A stretch of 64,000 bases of DNA from Nitrospinales bacterium (GTDB lineage Bacteria; Nitrospinota; Nitrospinia; Nitrospinales; VA-1), in contig CBDCXL010000002.1 in the NCBI GenBank assembly GCA_965223795.1, forward strand, positions 224,001 through 288,000. The letters run 5' to 3'. Every line of letters begins with the position of its first letter. Position 1 is the stretch's first letter. This document shows positions 56,008 through 64,000 of this stretch, piece after piece. The notes beneath the pieces are model-generated. The model had not been told where the DNA came from and made no database searches. It saw only the letters and a list, made by a program, of their open reading frames with translations. A program made the position numbers and the translations under genes.

Positions 56008-57342
56008 ATGTCGCTTTTCAACAAGGTGGTCTGGTCGGAAGGGATGTTTTTGCGGCCGCAGCATTTTCAGCAGCTGGACCGCTATTTCGAACATCTGTTC
56101 AGCCAGGGCGCGGTCCACGCGGCGCCCTATTCCTGGGGTCTCAGCGAACTCAGGATCGACCGCGACCTGCTCAAGACCGGCAAATTCGCGGTCCATGCCT
56201 GCCGCGGCGTGCTGCCGGACGGAACCCGCTTCGACGTTCCCGATGAGGCACCCGCGCCGGAGCCTTTGGACCTTTCCGAGAAAATCGAGGACACCGAGGT
56301 GTTTCTCTGTCTGCCGGTGCGCGACAGCCGGGGCAAGGACATCCGCTACGGTTCCAACGGCAGCGGCCTCACCCGCTATGCGGTCGAGGAGTCGACGATC
56401 CTCGACGCCTGCCAGGAAAACGGCGCGGGGGCGGACGTCCAGATCGCGCGCCTGGCGTTTAAGCTGATGCTGGGCACGGAAGAGCGCAGCGCGTATCACT
56501 GCATTCCGCTGGCGAGGATCATCCAGGTGACGGCGGACAAAAACGTGCTGTTCGATGAACAGTTCATCCCGCCCTGCCTGGATGTGCGCGTGAGCCCGGT
56601 GCTCACGGGATTTCTGCACGAGATCTCCGGGCTTTTGCATCAACGCGGCGAGAGCCTGGCGGGCCGGGTGTCCGAGTCCGGCCGCGGCGGCTCGGCGGAA
56701 ATCGCGGACTTTCTCATGCTGCAGGCGATCAACCGCTCTGAGCCGCTCGTCGCGCATTTCGCCCGCATCCCGTCGCTGCACCCGGAGGTGCTGTACCGCG
56801 AGCTGATCGCGATGGCCGGCGAGCTGGCCACCTTCTCCGAGGGCGGCAAGCGGCCGCAGGCGTATCCGCAGTACCGGCACGACGCGTTGAAGGAAACCTA
56901 TTCACCGGTGATCGAATCGTTGCGGCAATCGCTGAGCCGGGTGTTCGAGCGGCTGGTGGTCTCGATCCCGCTCGAGGAAAAGAAATTCGGCATCCGCGTG
57001 GCGCTGATCCGCGACAAATCGCTGCTGGAGGACGCGACCTTCGTTCTGGCGGTCAACGCGGACCTGCCCGAGGACGAGGTGCGGCGCAATTTCCCGGCGA
57101 TGGTCAAGATCGGACCGGTGGAGCAGATCCGCGATCTGGTCAACAAGGCGCTGCCGGGGATCGGCCTCAACCCGCTGCCGGTGGCGCCGCGGCAGATTCC
57201 GTTTCACGCGGGCTTCACTTATTTTGCGCTGGACACCAAGGGCGCCATCTGGAACGAGCTGAAACGGTCCGGCGGCCTGGCGCTGCACGCTCCCGGCACG
57301 TTTCCGGGTCTTGAACTGGCCCTCTGGGCCATCCGACGGTAA
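56008..57342 (+). CDS. tssK: T6SS baseplate subunit
   Basis: VVWSEGMFLRPQHFQQ; LPVAPRQIPFHAG; LWAIR. Confidence 0.97.
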   Translation: MSLFNKVVWSEGMFLRPQHFQQLDRYFEHLFSQGAVHAAPYSWGLSELRIDRDLLKTGKFAVHACRGVLPDGTRFDVPDEAPAPEPLDLSEKIEDTEVFLCLPVRDSRGKDIRYGSNGSGLTRYAVEESTILDACQENGAGADVQIARLAFKLMLGTEERSAYHCIPLARIIQVTADKNVLFDEQFIPPCLDVRVSPVLTGFLHEISGLLHQRGESLAGRVSESGRGGSAEIADFLMLQAINRSEPLVAHFARIPSLHPEVLYRELIAMAGELATFSEGGKRPQAYPQYRHDALKETYSPVIESLRQSLSRVFERLVVSIPLEEKKFGIRVALIRDKSLLEDATFVLAVNADLPEDEVRRNFPAMVKIGPVEQIRDLVNKALPGIGLNPLPVAPRQIPFHAGFTYFALDTKGAIWNELKRSGGLALHAPGTFPGLELALWAIRR

Positions 57343-57347
57343 ACGCC

Positions 57348-58706
57348 ATGACAGACAAGGACCCCTTCGCGGAATACAACCCCCGGAAAAAATCGCCGCA
57401 GCGCACGGTCATCGTTCCGGCCCCCGGCGGACGCAAACGCAATCCCGCGCCCAAGCCCGACACGCAAGCGAGGATGAAACCGCCGGCGCTGTCGCGCAAC
57501 ACGGAAGCGCCGGTGCTGGAAACGCACACGCAGAATCCGCTGGTGCGTTCGGCGGGAACGCTGTTCGCGCTGGCGCGCAAGCTCAGAAACACCATCGACC
57601 ACAAGGACGTGGCGCGCCTCAGGCTCAGCATCCTGAAAATGCTGAACCGCTTCAACCAGGACGCGCTCAAGCGCGGCGGCGGCAAGGACGCGGTGCATTT
57701 CGCCTGCTACGCCCTGTGCGCGCTGATCGATGAGATCGTGCTGGAGACACCCTGGGGCAACCAGAGCCACTGGGACCGCGAGAGCCTTTTGGGTACGCTG
57801 TTCAACGACGCGCGCGGCGGCGAGAAGTTTTTTCAGATCCTCGAACGCAGCGCCTGGAACCCGGCGGAGAACATCGACCTGCTGGAGTTTCTTTACCTCT
57901 GCCTGGGGCTCGGGTTTCAGGGGAAATACGCCATCACGCAGAGCGGCGTCGAGCAGCTCGACATGCTAACGCGCAATTTGTACCAGACGATCCGCACGCA
58001 CCGCGGCGGGCCGGACAAGTATCTTTCCGCCAACTGGCAGGGCGCGGAAGCGCCGCGCCGCGACCGCTTCCTGCCGATCTGGGTGGTGCCGGTGGCGGCG
58101 CTCGGGCTGGCGTCGCTGATGTTTTATTTCTTCAACGCCTCGATCAACCGCACCTCACTGGAAGCGGAAGCGAAGCTCAACCGGATCGGCCGCGGCGCGG
58201 CTCCCATCGCAATGCCGCCGGAGACCGCACCCCGGACGCTGATTTCTCTTCCCGAGACAAAGGAGCCGGGCTGGCTGCAACGGCTTCAGCAGGGGTTGAG
58301 CGAAGAGCGGGATCGCGGCTGGATCGACATCGAGAAAGCCGGGCTGGGCGTCAAGATCACGCTGTACAACCTGGGCCTGTTCCAATCGGGAAGCGCCAAC
58401 ATCAGCGAGCTGTTCCACCCCACCCTGGAGAAGATCGGCCACGCGCTGAACGAAATCCCCGGCTTCATCCACATCACCGGGCACACGGACAACCGGCCCA
58501 TCCGCACGCTGCAGTTTCCTTCCAACTGGCGCCTGTCGATGGCGCGGGCCGAGGCGGTGGCGCGCATTCTCGGCGGCGCCACGGGAAGCCGGGACAAGTT
58601 CAAACCCAAAGGCAAGGCGGATTACGAGCCCATCGCCAGCAACGAAACGCTCGAAGGACGCCGGAAAAACCGGCGGGTCGAAATTTTCATCCCCCGGGCG
58701 CAGTGA
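57348..58706 (+). CDS. tssL: T6SS DotU protein with OmpA/MotB domain
   Basis: YALCALIDE, GGEKFF, LGFQGKY; GHTD...NW.LS.ARA...NRRVEI. Confidence 0.95.
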   Translation: MTDKDPFAEYNPRKKSPQRTVIVPAPGGRKRNPAPKPDTQARMKPPALSRNTEAPVLETHTQNPLVRSAGTLFALARKLRNTIDHKDVARLRLSILKMLNRFNQDALKRGGGKDAVHFACYALCALIDEIVLETPWGNQSHWDRESLLGTLFNDARGGEKFFQILERSAWNPAENIDLLEFLYLCLGLGFQGKYAITQSGVEQLDMLTRNLYQTIRTHRGGPDKYLSANWQGAEAPRRDRFLPIWVVPVAALGLASLMFYFFNASINRTSLEAEAKLNRIGRGAAPIAMPPETAPRTLISLPETKEPGWLQRLQQGLSEERDRGWIDIEKAGLGVKITLYNLGLFQSGSANISELFHPTLEKIGHALNEIPGFIHITGHTDNRPIRTLQFPSNWRLSMARAEAVARILGGATGSRDKFKPKGKADYEPIASNETLEGRRKNRRVEIFIPRAQ

Positions 58707-58762
58707 GCCCGGTTTTGATTTTTTAGCGTCTGGCCCTACATCAACGTCCGCGGGAGAGCGAC

Positions 58763-61700
58763 ATGTCACGATCCGGAACCTTATCCAGCCTGTGCTTCAA
58801 CCGATGGACGCTTTCCATCCTGGGTCTTGTCATCTTCACGGTGCTGGTGCTGTTCGTCGGGCCGCTGCTGCGCATCGGCGAATGGCAGCCGTTCGCATCG
58901 CCCGGTTCGCGCATCTTCACGATCGTGTGCGCGCTGCTCGTGTGGGCGGTGTTTTACATCGGCCCGCTGCTCGCGGCGCGCAAGACCAACAAGCAGGTGG
59001 TCGAGGAACTGGCGGAGGACAGCGGTTTCCAGACCGGCGAGGAATTCGAAACGCTGTCCGAGGGATTCCAGGACGCACTGCAAGTGCTCAAAACCGCCAG
59101 GCTGGGCAGACCCTGGAGCAAGCGCTACCTCTATCAATTGCCGTGGTTCGTCATCATGGGCCCTCCCGGCGCGGGAAAAACCACGGCGCTGCGCAACTCG
59201 GGACTGAACTTTCCCCTGCAGGACAAGCTGGAAAAGGATTTCGTTCCCGGCGTCGGCGGCACACGCAACTGCGACTGGTGGTTCACGGATGAGGCGGTGC
59301 TGCTGGACACGGCCGGGCGCTACACCACGCAGGACAGCGACCCGCGCGTGGACAAGGCGGGCTGGAACCATTTTCTCGGGCTCATCCGCAAATACCGCAA
59401 GCGGCGGCCGCTGGACGGCGTGCTGGTTTCGTTCAGCCTGACAGACCTGCTTGAGCAGGACCCGGAAGAGAGAAAGCGGCACGCGCGCGCCATCCGCAAG
59501 CGGCTGCAGGAGTTGTCGGCGGAATTGAAGGTCCAGGTTCCGGTGTACCTGATCTTCACCAAGTGCGATCTGGTCGCGGGCTTCATGGAGTTTTTCGACG
59601 AGCTGCCGCGCGAGGAGCGCGACCAGGTCTGGGGAATCACGTTCGATCCCGGCTCGCAGGACGCCGATCCGGTGCGGTCGTTCGCACCGGAATACGATGA
59701 ACTGCTGGACCGGCTGGACCGCAGGATGCTGGCGCGGATGATTCAGGAACGCGATCCGAAACGGCGCGGCGCGCTGTTCGGCTTTTGTCAGCAGATGACA
59801 TCGTTCAAACCGGCGCTCAAACAGTTCATCACGGACACGTTCCAGTTCTCCAAGTTCGAGCCGCCCTGCCTGTTCCGCGGCGTGTATTTTTCCAGCGCGA
59901 CGCAGACCGGCTCGCCGATGGACCGGGTGATCGGCTCCATCTGCGGGGCCCTGGGACTGGACGACACGAGGCTGCCCGCGTTCAGCGGACCGGGCCGCAG
60001 CTATTTCCTCTCCAGCCTGTTGAAAGACGTCGTCTTCAAGGAAGCGGACCTTGCGATCAACACGCACTTTTTCGACAAGTACCGGCCCTGGGTGCAGAAA
60101 GCCGCCTACGCGGCGGGCGTGCTGTTTCTTGTGGGCGCGGGCCTGATCTGGTCGGTGAGCTACGGGAAGAACAAGTCCCTGGTTTCCGATGTGGAGGCGC
60201 AAATCGCCGGGCTGCCGCAAAGCGCCGTTGCGCCGGACGGCCGGGGCCAGCCGCTTCAAGAACTGATCCGCTCGCTGGACATCGTGCACGCCATCCCGCA
60301 CGGGTATAAAGAGCAGCAGCGTCCGGTTCCGGTGTCCATGCAGTTCGGCCTGTTTCAGGGCGAGCGGCTCGGCTCTTCCGCCAGGGACACCTACCTCAGG
60401 ATGCTGAACGCGTCGCTGCTGCCGGAGATCATCGCCAGCCTGGAAGCGCGGATCGAACAAAGCGCGGGCGACATCGACTCCCTGTTCAAGGCGCTGAAGG
60501 TCTACCTGATGTTCTGGAAACCGGCGGACATCATGGATAAAAACTACGCCCGGCTGTGGCTGGATTCGGAGATGGAACAGCGTTATCCCGGCCCGCGCCA
60601 CGAGACGCTGCGCAAGCAGTACAGCGTGCACCTGACGCACCTGCTCGATCATCTAGACCGACCCGCGCCGGTCGATACGGCGCTGATCACCCAGGCGCGC
60701 AAACGCATCTCTTCCAGGCCGCTGCCGCAATTGCTGTACTCCAACATCAAGCAGGAATCCCTCGCCGCCGGGCGCAAGCCGTGGAACCTCGCAGATAAGG
60801 TGGACAGGGCGGATTTTTATTTTCAGCGCAAAAGCGGCGACAGCCTGTCGCTGGGCATTCCCAGCCTGTTCACCTACCAGGGCTACCGGGAAGAGTTTTT
60901 GCCCATGCTCAAAAAGAAAGTGGAATCGGAAACTTCCAAAAACTGGGTTCTGGGTGACGCGTTCATAAAAAAAATGTCCGCGCTGCAACCGGATCAAATT
61001 TCCAAAAAGATCCAGGAATTTTATTTTTCCGAATACGTGCAGCTTTGGGACGCGTATCTGAGGGACATCGGCATCCGCGGCTACAACAATTTCCAGCAGG
61101 CCATCGAAAAGCTGCAGGGGCTTGCGGCCGCCGATTCGCCGATCAAAACCTTCGTGGTGTCGGTGGCGCAGGAAACCGATCTCAGCCGGGAAGCGATTCC
61201 CATTCACGGCAGCAATCCGATTGCGGGCAAGCTTTCCGGAACGGCCAGCAGCCTGGAGCAGGTCGCGTCCGCCGATCCGGGAGGCCTCCTCGGCCGCATC
61301 GCCCCGGAGATCTCCACACCGGTGGACCGGCGCTTCAAGCCCATCGCCCAGTTGACGCAGGCGTCGCCGGACGGCACCGCCGCGATCGACCGGGTTGTGC
61401 AACTGCTCAATGAACTGTACAGCCAGATCAGCAACGCGCAGACCAGCGGCGCCAACCTGATGCGGGATGAATTCAGCCGCGTGATCTCGCGTTTGCAGAT
61501 GCAGGCGCGCGAGCTGCCGCAGCCGCTTTCCGGCTGGGTGCTGACGCTGGCGAACCTGAGCACGAACGTGACCGGCTCCTCGATCCGTTCGCGCCTCAAC
61601 TCAAGCTGGCGGACGAACATCGCGCAGTTCTGCAACGAAGCGCTGGGCAACCGTTATCCGCTGGAAAAGAACAGCCCCAACGACGCGCGGCTGCACGACT

Positions 61701-62293
61701 TCGCCAAGTTCTTCGGCCCGGAAGGACGCATGGACCGGTTTTTCCGCGAGAACCTGAGAGAGATCGTGGACACCAACGCTTCGTCCTGGCGGATGAAACG
61801 GCGGCACGGGATGACGGTCAAAATCTCCAACCGGGCGCTCAGGCAATTGCAATTTGCGGCGAATGTCCGCGAGTCGTTTTTCACCGGAGGCGGCAATCAC
61901 CCGGTGGTCAAGTTCAGCATCCGGCCGCATTCGCTGGGGAAATCCGCCCGCTGGGTGGAGCTGGATGTGGGCGGACAGCGGCTGAAGTTCCGCAACGACG
62001 CGCCGCGCACGCTGGCGATGCAGTGGCCGCCGCCGGACGGCAGGATGTTCGCAAAGGTGACGATCAAACCCAAACGGTCGCCGACGGATACGGTGATCTC
62101 GACCGAAGGGCCGTGGGCGCTGTTCCGCCTGCTGGACAAGGGCACGACCCTGCCCACCACCGAGAAGGACCGCTTCCGCGTGGCCTTCAAGCAGGGCGGG
62201 CAGTCCGCCACGTTTGAGATCGTCGCCGGCAGCATCCACAATCCGTTCTCCCTGACCGGCTCGGGGAATTTCCAATGCCTGGAACGCCTGTGA
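58763..62293 (+). CDS. tssM: T6SS membrane subunit IcmF
   Basis: YQLPW..GPPGAGKTT, CDWWF, DTAGRY, FFGPEG, GPWALFRL. Confidence 0.97.
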   Translation: MSRSGTLSSLCFNRWTLSILGLVIFTVLVLFVGPLLRIGEWQPFASPGSRIFTIVCALLVWAVFYIGPLLAARKTNKQVVEELAEDSGFQTGEEFETLSEGFQDALQVLKTARLGRPWSKRYLYQLPWFVIMGPPGAGKTTALRNSGLNFPLQDKLEKDFVPGVGGTRNCDWWFTDEAVLLDTAGRYTTQDSDPRVDKAGWNHFLGLIRKYRKRRPLDGVLVSFSLTDLLEQDPEERKRHARAIRKRLQELSAELKVQVPVYLIFTKCDLVAGFMEFFDELPREERDQVWGITFDPGSQDADPVRSFAPEYDELLDRLDRRMLARMIQERDPKRRGALFGFCQQMTSFKPALKQFITDTFQFSKFEPPCLFRGVYFSSATQTGSPMDRVIGSICGALGLDDTRLPAFSGPGRSYFLSSLLKDVVFKEADLAINTHFFDKYRPWVQKAAYAAGVLFLVGAGLIWSVSYGKNKSLVSDVEAQIAGLPQSAVAPDGRGQPLQELIRSLDIVHAIPHGYKEQQRPVPVSMQFGLFQGERLGSSARDTYLRMLNASLLPEIIASLEARIEQSAGDIDSLFKALKVYLMFWKPADIMDKNYARLWLDSEMEQRYPGPRHETLRKQYSVHLTHLLDHLDRPAPVDTALITQARKRISSRPLPQLLYSNIKQESLAAGRKPWNLADKVDRADFYFQRKSGDSLSLGIPSLFTYQGYREEFLPMLKKKVESETSKNWVLGDAFIKKMSALQPDQISKKIQEFYFSEYVQLWDAYLRDIGIRGYNNFQQAIEKLQGLAAADSPIKTFVVSVAQETDLSREAIPIHGSNPIAGKLSGTASSLEQVASADPGGLLGRIAPEISTPVDRRFKPIAQLTQASPDGTAAIDRVVQLLNELYSQISNAQTSGANLMRDEFSRVISRLQMQARELPQPLSGWVLTLANLSTNVTGSSIRSRLNSSWRTNIAQFCNEALGNRYPLEKNSPNDARLHDFAKFFGPEGRMDRFFRENLREIVDTNASSWRMKRRHGMTVKISNRALRQLQFAANVRESFFTGGGNHPVVKFSIRPHSLGKSARWVELDVGGQRLKFRNDAPRTLAMQWPPPDGRMFAKVTIKPKRSPTDTVISTEGPWALFRLLDKGTTLPTTEKDRFRVAFKQGGQSATFEIVAGSIHNPFSLTGSGNFQCLERL

Positions 62294-62997
62294 CCGCCGC
62301 GCCCGCGGCGATCGGGTTTTACGGCAAGGCGGTCACGCACGGCGATTTCCTGTCGCGCAGCCTGCCCAATGCGTTTCTCAACCCCTGGGAAGCCTGGCTC
62401 AACCGCGGCCTGGCCGCGAGCAAAACGCAGCTCGGCGAAGAATGGCTGCCTCACTACCTTTCCGCGCCCATCTGGCGGTTCGCGCTGTCGGCGAATCTCT
62501 GCGGGGAAGCAGCAGCAGCCGGGATTCTCATGCCGAGCGTCGATTCTATCGGGCGGCACTTTCCCATGACGCTGGCCTGCCTGCTGAAAAACGCCCCGCC
62601 GGTTGAAGTGTATGCAAACAATCAGGACTGGTTTTCGCAATGCGAGGACGCCGCCCTCACCTGCCTGGAAGAAACCTTCGTCGTAGAGAGCTTCGGCACC
62701 CGGTTAGAAGGCATCGGCAAACTGGCCGATGACAATGGAAACGGGGCCGTCTCCACGAAAAAGTTTGTAATTCAGGAAGGAAGTGGTTTGGGTGTGAACC
62801 TGAGACAACCGGGAGAAAATCCGGATTGGAACACGTTGTCGTTTACAGCATGGGACGCGCTGACGAAAGAACGGTTCGGCGCGTACAGCCTGTGGTGGAG
62901 CACCGGTTCCGAAACCGTTTCCCCGACGCTCCTTACCTTTAAAGGCATGCCCGGAGAGAACGAATTTGCGCGGTTTTTAAGGGCGACTGAAGATTGA
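62275..62997 (+). CDS. tagF: T6SS regulator
   Basis: GFYGK...GDF; PSVDSIGRHFP; SLWW. Confidence 0.9.
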   Translation: MPGTPVTAAPAAIGFYGKAVTHGDFLSRSLPNAFLNPWEAWLNRGLAASKTQLGEEWLPHYLSAPIWRFALSANLCGEAAAAGILMPSVDSIGRHFPMTLACLLKNAPPVEVYANNQDWFSQCEDAALTCLEETFVVESFGTRLEGIGKLADDNGNGAVSTKKFVIQEGSGLGVNLRQPGENPDWNTLSFTAWDALTKERFGAYSLWWSTGSETVSPTLLTFKGMPGENEFARFLRATED

Positions 62998-63012
62998 ATC
63001 TTTCTTCGTTCC

Positions 63013-63300
63013 TCATCCACCAATAAGTACGGTCGGACAGCCGGCGACGATGGTGCCGCCGTGGGCGGTGGTCGAACCCAGACGCGCGGCGGGTTTGCCG
63101 CCGATGTGAACCGTCATGCTGCCCATCACGATGCTGTCCGGCGGTCCGGCGCAGGTGCAGGGCGTGCCGACATTCGCGGCAGGCAGGTTGGCGATGAGAA
63201 CGGTGGGCGCTCCCGGCGGCAGAACGGGACCCCCTACGTGGGGCTTGGGCCCGTCGAACATCGGGCAGACGTGCATGTCGGTGACGCGTGCGGCCAGCAT
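63013..63300 (-). CDS. PAAR spike protein
   Basis: AARVTDMH.CP...H; PAARLG...HGG...GCPTVLIGG. Confidence 0.95.
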   Translation of the reverse strand: MLAARVTDMHVCPMFDGPKPHVGGPVLPPGAPTVLIANLPAANVGTPCTCAGPPDSIVMGSMTVHIGGKPAARLGSTTAHGGTIVAGCPTVLIGG

Positions 63301-63321
63301 GCGTTTTTCCTCATAGACAGG

Positions 63322-63921
63322 TTATGATGTCGTATTGCCCTTCCCGCCTTTGGCGATGTCGATGCCGCGCTCCAGCAGGAATTTGTACTTCTCTTCGGAA
63401 TTCTCCGGGCCGGATTCCACGACGGCGAGCAGCACCGCGCCCCCAACGGCGCGGCCGGTCAGCTCGGGCGCGGGCGGCACCGCGGGAAGATCGGGCGCGA
63501 CCATGCTGCCGCCGCTCCAGAACGCGCCGACGGCGGCCCAGCCTGCCGAGTTTTGAAACTCGGTGGCTTCGGCAGCGGCCATCGTTTTTCTGCGGTTTTC
63601 CTCGGAGGGCTCGACCACCCACGCTTCCGCCGCTTTCACGGCTGCCTCTCGTTCGGCGTCCAGTTTCGCCTGCGCCTTGCGCGCGCTCAGGCAGGCCCAC
63701 CACACTGCCTCCCGCCTGGGCAGCGCCATGGCGAGAAACTGCACGGCTTCGGGATACTGCCCGTTCTCGATGAGCCGCTCAAGAAAACGCGCGGGCGTGC
63801 TTTCCGCGTCCAGCGACGAGAGCGTTGCCGCATCCAGTTCCAGATACTGCAACACTTCCCTTGCGGTGGGCGCTTTCAGTTTGACGTATTCGCCATCCTG
63901 CGTCTGGGTCTGCGTGTTCAT
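63322..63921 (-). CDS. DUF6931-like VgrG/PAAR-associated protein
   Basis: LPRREAVWWAC...WV..P.EENR...FWSGGS. Confidence 0.75.
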   Translation of the reverse strand: MNTQTQTQDGEYVKLKAPTAREVLQYLELDAATLSSLDAESTPARFLERLIENGQYPEAVQFLAMALPRREAVWWACLSARKAQAKLDAEREAAVKAAEAWVVEPSEENRRKTMAAAEATEFQNSAGWAAVGAFWSGGSMVAPDLPAVPPAPELTGRAVGGAVLLAVVESGPENSEEKYKFLLERGIDIAKGGKGNTTS

Positions 63922-63944
63922 GGTGTCTCCCGCAATCCTGCCGT

Positions 63945-64000
63945 TCAGTTGATCTTGACGATGCCGCCTTTCACGTTAGTCATCGCGGAGCCTTGAACGT
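63945..64000 (-). CDS. vgrG: C-terminus of probable VgrG (partial)
   Basis: Translates ...VQGSAMTNVKGGIVKIN*; upstream of DUF6931-like gene and PAAR. Confidence 0.7.
   Translation of the reverse strand, partial: VQGSAMTNVKGGIVKIN

Overview
The window has two parts. (1) About 1-30,430 is the right-hand part of a lambda-like (cos, gpA terminase, siphovirus) prophage with every gene on the minus strand. It is bounded by a 45-bp 3' fragment of tRNA-Pro(GGG) (attR-like, 30387-30431). In transcription order it has an HNH-AP2 nuclease, small early genes, a DUF1376/DnaA_N replication initiator, an XF1762-like GNAT, RusA, a lysis cassette, a cos-like site, ParB plus a TAGT/GREB1-like glycosyltransferase, terminase, portal, a protease-capsid fusion, tail genes with a -1 frameshifted chaperone, a J-like tip and at least three tandem paralogous fibre genes running off the left edge. 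No integrase or repressor is in the window. (2) About 30,480-64,000 is chromosome of a Gram-negative host. It carries a TonB receptor, DUF502, a GAF kinase, pentapeptide and TPR proteins, an AT-rich TNT/Tne2-like orphan, a TpsB with a 2011-aa TpsA that has two TPS domains and a fused TPR-CHAT protease, DUF4384, a frameshifted LysM-TPR gene and a T6SS cluster (kinase, phosphatase, fha, tssJKLM, tagF, PAAR, end of vgrG). The most unusual items are a holin-position protein with a signal peptide and CxxCH heme-c motif, an exported beta-helix gene with inverted-repeat flanks inside the head-tail block, the TpsA-caspase fusion, a heptamer-repeat/G8 tract in the initiator, and a TET-less glycosyltransferase at cos. 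All family assignments come from motif recognition by eye; no searches were run.
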